From Bugula neritina (lineage: Eukaryota > Animalia > Bryozoa), in the NCBI GenBank assembly GCA_964035545.1, contig OZ037765.1, positions 9,186,698 through 9,250,697 on the forward strand: a stretch of 64,000 bases of DNA, written 5' to 3'. The translations under genes were made by a program, and so were the position numbers. Below are positions 1 through 12,100 of this stretch, piece after piece (position 1 is the first letter of the stretch; each line of letters opens with the position of its first letter). The notes beneath the pieces were generated by a model. The model was not told where the DNA came from. It saw only the letters and a list, made by a program, of their open reading frames with translations, and ran no database searches.

Positions 1-900
1 GAAGTCGAACGGTTTAGAATACCAAGATATAATGACAATCTTATATCTGCAGTGGACCTGTACAATGTATTGAATGATGGGAATAAGTATTCTTGTTACA
101 TTCACGACCCTCTCTACGTGCTTCTGTTAGATACGAGAAACTTTGAGGACTACAATGTGGATCACATACAGAGTGCTATGCACTGTACTGCTGTATCATC
201 AGATTTTATCAATCAGAATCTCAACCAATATAACCATATTATATTGTATGGTACAGACACCAAGCTGGATAAAAGCAGGCACACGGATAACATGGTTGCC
301 ATTTTAGAAAACTACCATCTTGATTTTAAAGTTTTAATTGGAGGTTATGCAGAGTTTCATAAAAGATTTGTGTTCATGTGTAATGCAAAAGTTTCGTGGT
401 CGAGAAATTCGTGCGAGTGCAAGGAAACTGTATATCCATCACTTATACTTGAAGACTGGTTGTACCAAGGAAGTGGCCAACAAGCTAAAAACAAGCACAT
501 TTTGAAGAGCATGGGCATCACACACATACTCAACATTACCACTGATATGGGCTGCATGGTACCAGAGATCTCTTACCTTCATATTCAGCTCCAAGATGAT
601 TCGTCAAGCCGTTTGATAGATCGGTTTGAAGACATCTTTGAATTTCTTGATGGAGTTAGGAGAACAAAAGGCAGAGCTCTGGTGCATTGTAATTTAGGTA
701 TAAGTCGTAGTTCCACAGCCACTCTGTCATATATAATGCTTAGTAAAAGTTGCTGTCTGGCTGATGCTATGTACTATCTGCTGCATAGGCGACCAATTTG
801 TGCACCAAATAGAGGCTTCTTTTTACAACTGGGTGAATTTGAAGAATACATATTTGGAAAGTCCATTACTGATGCTGGAGAATTGTGGATGACTATATAA
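1..900 (+). CDS. STYXL1/MK-STYX-like dual-specificity phosphatase (rhodanese/CH2 + DSP domain), 5'-partial
   Basis: Frame 1 is open from base 1 (EVERFRIPRYNDNLISAVDLYNVLN...) to TAA at 898-900, so the true start lies upstream of the window. Rhodanese motifs LLLDTR, DYNVDHI and LIGGYAEF. DSP motifs YPSLILEDWLYQG, GITHILN, IQLQD, VHCNLGISRS and PNRGFFLQL. 'DLYNVLN...DPLYVLLLD' and the C-terminal 'IFGKSITD' resemble STYXL1 as I recall it. Confidence 0.85.
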   Translation, partial: EVERFRIPRYNDNLISAVDLYNVLNDGNKYSCYIHDPLYVLLLDTRNFEDYNVDHIQSAMHCTAVSSDFINQNLNQYNHIILYGTDTKLDKSRHTDNMVAILENYHLDFKVLIGGYAEFHKRFVFMCNAKVSWSRNSCECKETVYPSLILEDWLYQGSGQQAKNKHILKSMGITHILNITTDMGCMVPEISYLHIQLQDDSSSRLIDRFEDIFEFLDGVRRTKGRALVHCNLGISRSSTATLSYIMLSKSCCLADAMYYLLHRRPICAPNRGFFLQLGEFEEYIFGKSITDAGELWMTI

Positions 901-2774
901 ATTCTGACATACAGATGTGTAAATTCACTAGGAAATGAATAAATTTTCCTGATTGTCATATGTGGCATATTTTACTGTGATAGATGTGGACGACTCAATA
1001 CATACCTAAATGCACACAATGACTTCCCATGTATCGATCTTGGTTTGACTGCAGTCAGCTCCTTTCTTTTGTAGTTGCCTCCTCATTTCATAAAATGAAG
1101 TAGAAAATTAATTACTATATACACTATACATTTAGGTTATCAGTGCCAACACACTCTGCTGGTGGTTGAAAATAATACTTTGGATTTTTGAGACAAATTA
1201 TCCATATAGCACTAGTTTTATTTTATTTCTTATAAGTGTAATTTTTTGGTAATACGATGCAAGTCTATGCAAGTTTTTTCCGAGCAGCCTCCTTTTTCTC
1301 ATTCCTTGACATATATATTGTTTCGCTTAAATAGATATGCTGTTTTCCATGGGTTGATCACCCTATAAACTAAGCAATTTTGATTGAACCGTAGCCCATT
1401 TTCATGTATCGCACTGGACACAGTTGGCCTGAGATTGATATATGGAAACCAGTCATAACCTCAATTTGCATAACACATAGTTTAAGATACTCTATATATG
1501 AGAAGGAAGCTGAAATCTCCAAGTAATTTCTATTTTTTTCATTTCATATTTTAGTAGACCACTGAGTATTGCATAATTTCTCAATTTTTGAAGTATTACC
1601 TAAATTTTCTCAATTTTGTGATCTCTTTTGACTTTTTAGCAAAATTTGGTGATATTTATATTGTTTGCCATGTGATGTTGCTAATTTATTATCTATCTTC
1701 TACTTGCTCATATAATTTAGTTATTTAATGTTTCTTTGTATTTTTATCAAAAAATATTATTTTAGGCCTTACAGTTTTTATTTAACATTTTAAATATACC
1801 AATTACTCACACTCCAAATGAGTCATTTTTGTATTATAAATATTGGACGCAATATAAATCCATATCTTTAGACATATAGAAATGCAAAATATGTTTATAT
1901 TCTTGAGTAGAATGTTAGAAATCTGTGTATTTTAAAAGGAGGGAAAGAGGATATCCAAAAGAGCTCTTAATTCAATATTACATATCACTCACTCTCCTGA
2001 AATTACAAAAAAACTTCGACTACAGTTTTAATTAGTAGTTGAAGTTTTTTTGAAATAAATTGCACAATTGTCTTTTTAATCATTGGAAAAGGAAAGTCAC
2101 AAATCTTTTGGGAATAATGAATATGTTGCATAAAGATTTGTAAAAAAAATATGAAAAATACCTTCTACATCAATGTCTAGTTTCATTTTGCAAGGCTTCT
2201 AATTGGTAAAAACTGGTTGGCATGCTGTAATTTACTAGCAAATACCATATGTGCTACAAACTATCTATAAATACTTAGTGATCATTATTGATAGAGTTCT
2301 CAAGAAGCATTTATGATACATGAGATATATTGAGTCAAGCTTGTATAGCACTACATTCACTATGCAATAGATATTTATATCCATATACTGAAGTCTGTAG
2401 CCTACTCAAAACCGTAAATGCAGAACAGTTTTTCATGTTAAACAGTTCAAAAATTATACATGCAACTACAAGAATTCATCATTCGCTTTTTTCATTTTTA
2501 GTTTAATATTTTATGAGTTCATGATTGTTTTAAAGTCATATTTTCTGTGTTAGCTAGAAACCACAATATTAATGACCAATACTATTGCTTTTATTCTTGT
2601 TGTCCAAGTTGTAATGCTACTGGAGTTATTTACCCAGTAAAACATTTTTGGAGCAATGGTTTTTATTTCATGCAATGCCGATATATGACCTTAATGATAA
2701 ATATCCGGCGTGTTGGCGAAGATTTTTCTTAATTAAATTATATGTTAACACTCATTGGTTATACGTAAGGTTTT

Positions 2775-5700
2775 ATGTTTAACGGTACCAAAAACCTTGC
2801 TCGCGTGTTTGCAACTTTTTGCTCTCCAAGTTTTGAAGCTAAAGCAGTTTTTGCTACCAAATCACACCTCACATTGATACGGGGTTGCCCTGGGAACGTC
2901 TTTTATCGACCTTATAGTTATAGTTATTCACTGATACTGACACCTCAACATCGGTTTCAAAATCAATCTCAGGTTGAAGTTCAACGTCACCGACTTCAAG
3001 CTTGTGAGTTTAGAAATAATAAACTAGCTCCTTCTCGGGTTTTGACAAGATCATTGACTAAGCGAACTAATTGGGGCAGCAAAAAGCGCCAACGTAATCC
3101 AAAACTTTATAACTGGATGTCTGATAATTTTCAAGTCATGGCTACCGAAGAGCAACAGAAAGTTCTTGATCCTTTGAGGTTGGCTGTTAAAGAGCAGGTG
3201 AGATATTATTTTTCATATTGATATTCATACAACTGTTCATGTTGTGTAAGTACTTTTACGTAGTTATTATTACTAATTTAGTAATGATAATATGAATATG
3301 ATAATATTAATGGTTATCAAATAATATCAATATAAATATGATTATCAATAAGTATAATATTAATATGAATATGCATAGTGATAGTGATACAGGTTGAGGT
3401 ACACTATCACTATGACTATTACTACTTTAACTTATTAATGTTGCTATTAATATTAGCCTAATATTAGTATTATTTTAATATACACTTACAATAAAAAGTA
3501 GTAATGAAGTCTAGAAGTAAAACTAGGTGTAATACTTATAACGAAAACTTATAAGGAATGCCTCTTAACATCGCATCCCTTGACTTGCTTCAAGTTCACT
3601 GTAAGGTCATGGCTCAGGTTCAAAGATGCAATCATGTATGATCTGAAAGACTTCCAACACTAGACTTGCTGCTTGGACTATTCTCTTTAACAACCGATAC
3701 ATAAGCTAGAGATCCGAACTGCATGCTGGCCATTGCTATTTTACTTATACAAATTTAGAGAAGCTACGACAAAAACTTGCCGCAAATCAAATGTTATTAT
3801 CCTTGCTAAGTCAATTTATTTAATTGTGCAAGTTACCTTTAATAAACTAGTCTTAATTACTCCTGTCAGTAAACGCTTTAGTCAGCACGTGCTGAAGTTT
3901 GTGATGATTGGTGTCGTGTAACTTGAACTCAGCTTTGCTTGTTATGCCCAGATAAAAAGTTTGCTTGCAGCTCAAATGGGAAAAATTGAGTTAGTAGCTC
4001 TATTTCTAGGTATATTATTTATTTATGATAAATTAATTATAGATAACTGAGTAATGAGAGTAACTATGTAAAAATGTGGTAATTTAGTGATATGAATATA
4101 TGTAATAAGTTCTTATATTATGACAGTTATACTAAAATTGTTTTTAGCTAATACAGTTGTTAATATTCTTTGAGCAATAAATGTCATTCTGTTTCATTTA
4201 TTTACTGTAAAAATAGCAGGTTTTTACTATGGTGTTGAGTAAAGCACTTACCATGTACAATGTTTATAAGTCAACTCATTCTTATTACTATTTTTTCAAC
4301 ATTTTGGTATAGTGATTACTTTTTGCCTTTTAATGCAGGCTCAAATGTTGTTTGCTAAAACATTTATTATGATACACTCTGCTTCATCGATGCTAAATAA
4401 AAATTGTTCTGCTTAAATTATAATAAATATTGTTACAATGTGTTTAATTCTATGGGCTTTAATTTAGAAATTGACACACAGTAGACTGTAATTATAATAT
4501 ATTGAGTGTTAGGAGAATTCAACACTGCCACGTCTATGTTGTAATAATGTCTTGTTATCTGTTCTGTAGGGCGAACTTGTGAGCAAGTTGAAAGCTGACA
4601 ATGCTGATGCCGTTGCTATTAAAGCTGCTGTCACAGATTTGAAGGCTCGCATCAAGGCTTTAGAACTGAAGGCAAGTCTGTGCTTTATTTTGTGAAAGAA
4701 TAAACATTTCAATAAAGAAATATCTAAGAAATAAACATGAGATGGAAAATTCAAATTTGAAAGTATCGCAGTTCTGCTCACATATCAGCATTTTCTTGCA
4801 AACCACTGCCTCGGTTGTTGATGACATAATATTTCATTCAAATTGCCGACAGGGAGTTATTTGTCTTAATGTTGTGTAACACAGTAATTAAAATTGACAA
4901 AAATGAATAAAATTGAGATTTAGCTGTCAGTATTGAGAGTTGTGCTCCTTATTATTCCATTGATCTTTATTTTAGACAATTTTAGTACAGAGATGTGTAT
5001 GTTTGTATGTTTATGTTTACAGTGTGATAGCTTCTCATTTGATATAAAGTGTTTTTAATGTAATTTAGAAGCAAATTTATTTTACGTGTAAATTTTCGTT
5101 TAGGAACTTGAATTTGAGCCAAAAGAAGAGAAGTTTGATAGGCTGAAGATGGAAGATCTGCTAAAGCAGAAGTTCTTTTATGACATTGCTTTCTCCATAT
5201 ATGGAGGTAGGGTGTATGATTTTGTATTGTCAGTATTTTATTCTTCGTAAGCTCAAATGGAGTGTAAAAAATTATTTGCAAAATTATAAATGGAATAGTA
5301 AAAATAATACCCTCATTTAAGCTAATGTGTTGGAGTTATCAATCTGTTATTTTATGTAAGACATGAATAGATAACTCTTAAAAGTTTATTTAATATAAGT
5401 AATGAATCATTTAACATTGCCTAACTTGTATGTCATAAACTTAGATTTTGTAGTAAAGTTTATGTTTTTCAGGCATTGCTGGCCAGTACGACTTTGGCCC
5501 TATGGGATGTGCCCTCAAAACTAATATAATAAATGAATGGCGCAAGTTCTTTGTGCTGGAAGAAAACATGCTAGAAGTAGACACTAGCTGCCTGACCCCT
5601 GAACCTGTACTAGTGTGCGTAGCTGACCTTATAAGAACATATTTAACCTACCTTAAACCTTAATACTGTAGTTACAGTGCCACAACACATATGAATATAT

Positions 5701-6036
5701 TATATCACTTTTATTTACAGGTGGAAAAAGAGGCATGACTCATCTCTGACATTATAACATTATTATGCTATTATAGTGTTAATAGGTTGTTTTTTATAAT
5801 TGATGTGATTTAATCAAAGGCAATCTGTTTTCCATACTGCTTTACTATGAAGGTCACTTCCAGAAGGAATGAATTTACAAGACTGAATACATGAATAAAA
5901 CGTTGTAAGTTCTGTATTCTACAGGGCATCTGGGCATGTGGAGAAGTTTGCTGATTACATGGTCAAAGATTTGAAAAATGGAGAATGCTTTCGAGTTGAT
6001 CATTTACTTGAATGTACGTTGGTTTTCCTCTACTCG

Positions 6037-6109
<73 letters not shown>

Positions 6110-9100
6110 CTTCATGTTATTATATTTACACATTTTGTTATGTGTGCAACACTTGCTATAGATAACGCCATCAGCATCTAAACATTACTACACATTGAAC
6201 TCCTCTGGTATGTTATTCCTTGTTCACAAAGTACACTGTGCATATCTTCTCATCAGCTTCTTGTCATGTAATTATTTGACTCAACTGTTTCATTACTGCT
6301 GAGATATGTGGCCGATACTCTTTTTATAGATAAATTTACTACAATTTTAAATGTAGTTCAAGATATTTTGAATCTATGTGGAGTGCCAAATGACGGTGAT
6401 GTAAAGGAATGCAAACTATAAACTGATTTGAAGCGATATTTTAATCCCCTGACTAGCTCATTTGCCAATTCTGTAATAATCTCTACTTTGAAGTTCTTGT
6501 AATACCCCTATAATAATATACTCTTTCTTTGCTGGGTTTGCTCTGAGAGTTGATTATGTATTAGCCACTGAAGATATATATAATAGATTTACATGATGGA
6601 GGATACGGCTGGGATAAAAGTGTTGGCACGGGATCCTTATTTTATACAACTCATCATCGGTGTTGATGGTTCACAGGAATAAATGACATTGTATGCATGT
6701 CATCTGGTATATTGTAGCTTTATTGGAGAAGTTTATTGCTGGCACCAAAAATCAAGCAGAGATTGCTGAGGCACAGCAATTTATAAACCAGGTACTTGTT
6801 TTTTTGCCGATGATTTCAACACAAAATGTAGGCAACCGTACTCAAAATCATCCACATTTAACTCGTTTAGCAGCACACATTCTTTGCTGTTTCCTTCTAT
6901 ACATTGAATATTTCGTCGAGTTCGCTGTATTTTTGGAATCGTTTCTGTAAGTCCTATCAATTATTTTGCCTATAAATGTTGAAGTTATGACTCACTTGAT
7001 GTTAATTTTATCATAAATGATGTTTTGTTATCAAAAATATGTAAAAGTAGATAATTTGTTATCACATGTGCCTGTGTTTTAGTTGGATAATATGACTAAG
7101 GACGATTTCCAACAAGTTATAACTAAATACAATTTCAAGTCTCCTCTCACTGGCAATGATCTGAGTGAGCCAATAGAGTTCAACCTTATGTTCTCTACGT
7201 CCATTGGACCTGCTGGTACAGTCAAAGGGTAGGACTTGTCCCCACTATGTCAACCTTCAGCTACGAAATATACTTCACCAGTTACTAATACGAATACATT
7301 GTATTTACTTGAAGAAAATTGTTTATTTAAATCACATCATTATGTTGATCATTGTCAAACTTTTTTAGATTAATGGTAAACCTCAATCATGCACCAGTTC
7401 CTATTGAAGCAGCTATGTAATGTTTTGTGTCCATTGCAGGTTCCTTCGCCCTGAAACTGCTCAGGGTATATTTGTCAACTTCAAGAGACTTCTTGAATTC
7501 AATGGCGGAAAACTGCCGTTCGCTGGTGCCCAGATTGGTAAAGCATTCAGGAATGAAATTTCTCCTCGATCTGGCTTAATCAGAGTGAGGTAAATTCATT
7601 GCGCCCATCGCCAAATAAACTAAACATTCCTCCACATTGCAATGTGAATGTTAAAGTAATTCTTTTACTACAATTGTATGTACTTCAGTTTTCATGTGTA
7701 TGTTTATGACAAAACATAAGCCAATATTTGTGACAACAGCTTTTGTAGCGGCCATTTCCCTGTTATAGTTATTCCAATTTAATATTTTATAAATCTTTTA
7801 ATATTTCAATATGCTATAGAGAGTTTGAAATGGCCGAGATTGAGCACTTTGTTGACCCGAATGACAAGAGCCACCCTAAGTTTGCCAGCCTAGCCGACAC
7901 TGAACTTCCTCTCTTGTCGGCATGTAACCAAATGGCAGGCAAACCTCTTGTAAAGCTCTCTGTTGGCAAAGCTGTTCAGCAGGTTAGATAACTCCCACAG
8001 TATATATGTAATATTTAGATCGAAGTGAGAAATCTACTTTTTTTCAAGTTTTTGTCCAATCATGTTTTGGTTATCAATTAATGTGCAGGTGTTCACCCAT
8101 TTTGAATTAAGAGCAACGTATAGAGCCTCTCTCTCTCGCACTGCAGTACTTGTATATAGAACAAAGCAGCTGGTTTAGGTTGAACACTCTGTTCCAAATT
8201 AGATAGTTTTATTTTCTAAATTTTCAATAGCTTTGCATTTATGTGAACATTAAAAAGGGCTTAGCCCCCCAACCCTCTGATGCTCATGTTTTATAGGGAC
8301 TGATTGCCAACGAAACTCTGGGGTATTTCATGACGAGAACATACTTGTTCTTCCAACACATTGGCATTGACATGTCCAAAGTGAGATTTCGGCAGCATAT
8401 GAGCAACGAGATGGCTCACTACGCCTGCGACTGCTGGGATGCCGAGTGTAAAACTTCCTACGTGAGTATTTACTGAGCCGCCGGGCTACCACACCTTCAT
8501 TTTACTTGAACTTATTTTTGGTGCTAAAGTTGGGGGTTATCAATTCTCTCCTGTCAATTTTTTCTTTCAAAGTTACCACCTTTCAAAAATGTTGTGGAAA
8601 TGAAAAACATGATGTAATCGTTTTTCCAATCATTTCTTTCCCAAAGCTTCAAAAATTTTCATGTTATTATACTCGACGCTTTGATGTGAAACCATTTAAC
8701 CTTTCATCATAAAGATGTAATTATTATTTATTATGTATTATATATTGTCTTAATTCTGTTTCATGTTATAATGTACCAAAGACCAGTGGTTGAAGCTGAG
8801 ATAAGTAGACTAAAGTCTATGGTTATTTAGAGATATAGAAGAGCCTAACACTTCCCTGGTATTCAAATTAATCTCCCCTCTGTTCGTACCTCAGTGTACT
8901 GACACTCTGACCACAGATCTGATGTCGCTGATTCTCGTCTGGAAAATCAGATATATTGTTTTCAAGTTTGCGATGGTTTAAACATGTAGCCTTGTCATTT
9001 GAACGGTGTTTGTGTGGATATATCCTGTCATCTTCCCAACAATTCTGGAAATTTGATAAGCGTCAGGTTTCTGTGGGATGTTGACAAGGTACAGATAGGT

Positions 9101-12100
9101 TCAGTGGTTTACATTTCTGTCAGCCATGCTGTCACCCACGCTGTCAACAGGGCCACAAGTTTTAATGAGAAGACTATGCTGAATAACAGAATGCCACTTA
9201 CTTTTCCGTCTCTTAGTCCCAGTCCAGTATTCGCATGTTTCCTTTCTTTTCATCAGTACTTATACCTGAAAATTACACCTGTGGGGGAAATCCCTTTTTT
9301 TGCTCAAAACTTCTCTCTTCACCTCTGTGATATGTTAAGCGCTCTTTATTGTATTCTGCATTCTCTGTTCAGATTAAACTCTCGCAGCTTGACGTGTATT
9401 GGCTTAATCCAATAAAAAAACTCAGGTAAAACTTATTTTTGATTGCAGTTTGATTATTTTTCACCGTAGACTACCTGTTGACACCATCACTGGTATGTAT
9501 TGTAGTCGGGATTTACCTCAGATGTTGGTTTGCCAATGTCTAACATCCAACATGCCTGTGTTTTAGGGATGGATTGAGTGTGTGGGACACGCCGATCGCT
9601 CAGCCTATGACTTGACCAGACACACCGAGTCTACAAATGTTAAACTTGTCGCTGAGAAGAAGCTTGCCGAGCCCAAGACTCTACAGGTTAGAGTATACAG
9701 CTCTGACTAGAAAACTGTACATTGGTTATGACTGCATGGATTATACTTTATTAGTTTTATTGTTATTGCTGATTAGTTTGAACCGGACAAAAGATACAAC
9801 ATGTATTGGTGTAAATGATTCATGATAAAGTTGTTGGTGAATAAGTTGCTTTCCTAATCTGAATTACATCTTGTTTGTGTATTTATGTCGGCAATCAAGT
9901 TGACTCTATATTGACTGTAGCTTTCGGTTACTGTAAATATTTTCCTATTAATTGGAAACTAATTGTATCATTGGGAAGCTTGAGATTCACTGATTCCGTC
10001 AATACAATAATATTTTTTTCAAACTTAAAGTAGAATAAGTTCTAATTCCTAGCAGCTGTTCCCCTTATTCAACAATGGACGGTGTTAAAAATATTATGTG
10101 ATGTTGCTCAAAATATTTAAGATTCTTTTGCTCTTTCTTTTCGTAAAATTTGTTTTTTTAAGCCCATATTTTCATGCTATGTGTGCTCAGTGAATCTCAA
10201 GCCTTTCTGGGTAACAGGAAACCTTTAAGATATACACATCTACATGATTTGTTGTAGTGTTGATGGACAAGTGCTTCTAATACAGCAACACGTAAAAGTG
10301 TTGAGTTACGTACATACCTTGAATAAGTGGTGTAGCTTTCATACACCTTGATTGTATATATTGCATATTCAGATAAAGTTACTCAGTAAGTGCTAGCCGT
10401 TATAGTAAACCGCTGTTGTTACTTTTGTTTCTTTACTAACAGGTTGTGGAGTGTCTTCCAAACAAGGCAAAGGTTGGTAAAGTTTTCAAACAGGATGCCA
10501 AAGCCATTACCACTCATCTCAGTCAACTCTCTAATAGCCAAGCCTTAGAGCTGAACGAAAAGCTGCAGGCCAACAGGTATCTCTCTAAGAAACTCTGGCT
10601 AAATTATAATATAAACACTTTATACACTTATATGTTATCTTTCATTTCAACTCTTCACTTTTTAGTAAACTCTAACCCAGGTTTTGAGACTTGCTCATTT
10701 CATACATATTATTTTTGAACTGTAACATAAAGCTATTTCGGTGTATCACAGGAATTCCATAAAGCAGAGCTACGAGTACAAGTACTGGCTGTATATCTCT
10801 TTGTAGCTAGTGATAAGTTCTAATTACTTAGTCTTGAGCTTCTGTCTCATTGCTGACAAAAACTTCCCTGTCTGATTATATTGACCTGATCATTTGCTGA
10901 TCGTAGTCAGTTTAGATCAACTAATTATCATCAATCTACTTTATAAGCTCTAAGTGTCAGAGAAAATTTAAATTTTCAAAATTTATTGGTAAAAAATAAT
11001 CAGTTTTTATCATTTAAAGTAATCGTTAACGATGGCAAGCACATAGCTTATTAATCTTAGAACAATTTTCCTTCGCCACTTCAAGTTTTTTGTCAGCTTT
11101 AGAATATTTAAAGGTTTTTTGTGTACGAAATCACTTTGACCTCAACTGCTTAGCAAAGTAAAGTGTCCTGTTTTGGAATCTGCACCGTAGCTACCTCGTC
11201 ATATTCAGATAGTTTTTACTCTCTACTTACTGTATTTATTATTTTAGTCTAGTAAATATCTAGATAAGCTGGGTTTATTCTTCTTAAAAATCTTACCTAT
11301 TCAAGGCTTAACAATTGGCCAATAGATTTATTATATAATATATTACAGTGTATATTATAACATTTTATTGGTTTTGACAAGGGGAAATATTGCCGAGTAA
11401 TTGATTTATTCCATGTACATAATTGAAAGTGTTAATTAATAACTGGTAGACGCACATATATCATAGTTATACTTATAATTTGCTCCATTCCTTAAACAAC
11501 AATGGGATAAAATTCAATTATTTATCTCCTAGTTTGAGTAATGAGGTAATGTTCAATTATATGACATTAATTTTTAAAATGAACTTTGGAACCATGTATA
11601 AGTGTATGTTTCTAATTTTATATTGCAAATTAAAATAATGAGACATGATATTTTTTATAGGTAATGTTGTTCAGTTATACAATATATATATTCCTAATCT
11701 TGTTTGTTAAGTCAACTGAAGTAACTTTGCCAGTTTTTCTAATGTTTATAATCCATTTTGATGTTTTATTCATATAACTTAATTAACTTGATATGCATTG
11801 TAGTGTTGGATAGTGAAGCACATCAAGTGTAGATCTCTATTTAGATAGCAATATATTCATAAGTAAGTAGCGTACATGGCCATTACTGTTGGTATTGTTT
11901 AGTTCTGTCTCCCTGAATATAAATGGAAAAGAGTTGGAGCTGACGAGTGACATGGTGACGGTGAAGCAGTACGAGAAGACGGTACACGTGGAGGAGTATA
12001 TCCCTTCAGTTATTGAGCCGTCTTTCGGTATTGGCCGAGTCATGTACTCTCTGTTTGAGGTCAGTTGTGTAGCATGTTGCTCTCCTGTATGTTTTTATAA

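Noticed and set aside
5938-6181. ORFs with YIYIYI runs
   Set aside because: Read-through of GARS exon 5 into an (AT)n microsatellite.
8999-9415. 138-aa ORF inside GARS intron 10
   Set aside because: Non-ATG start, no recognisable domain, and the flanking GARS exons join correctly without it.
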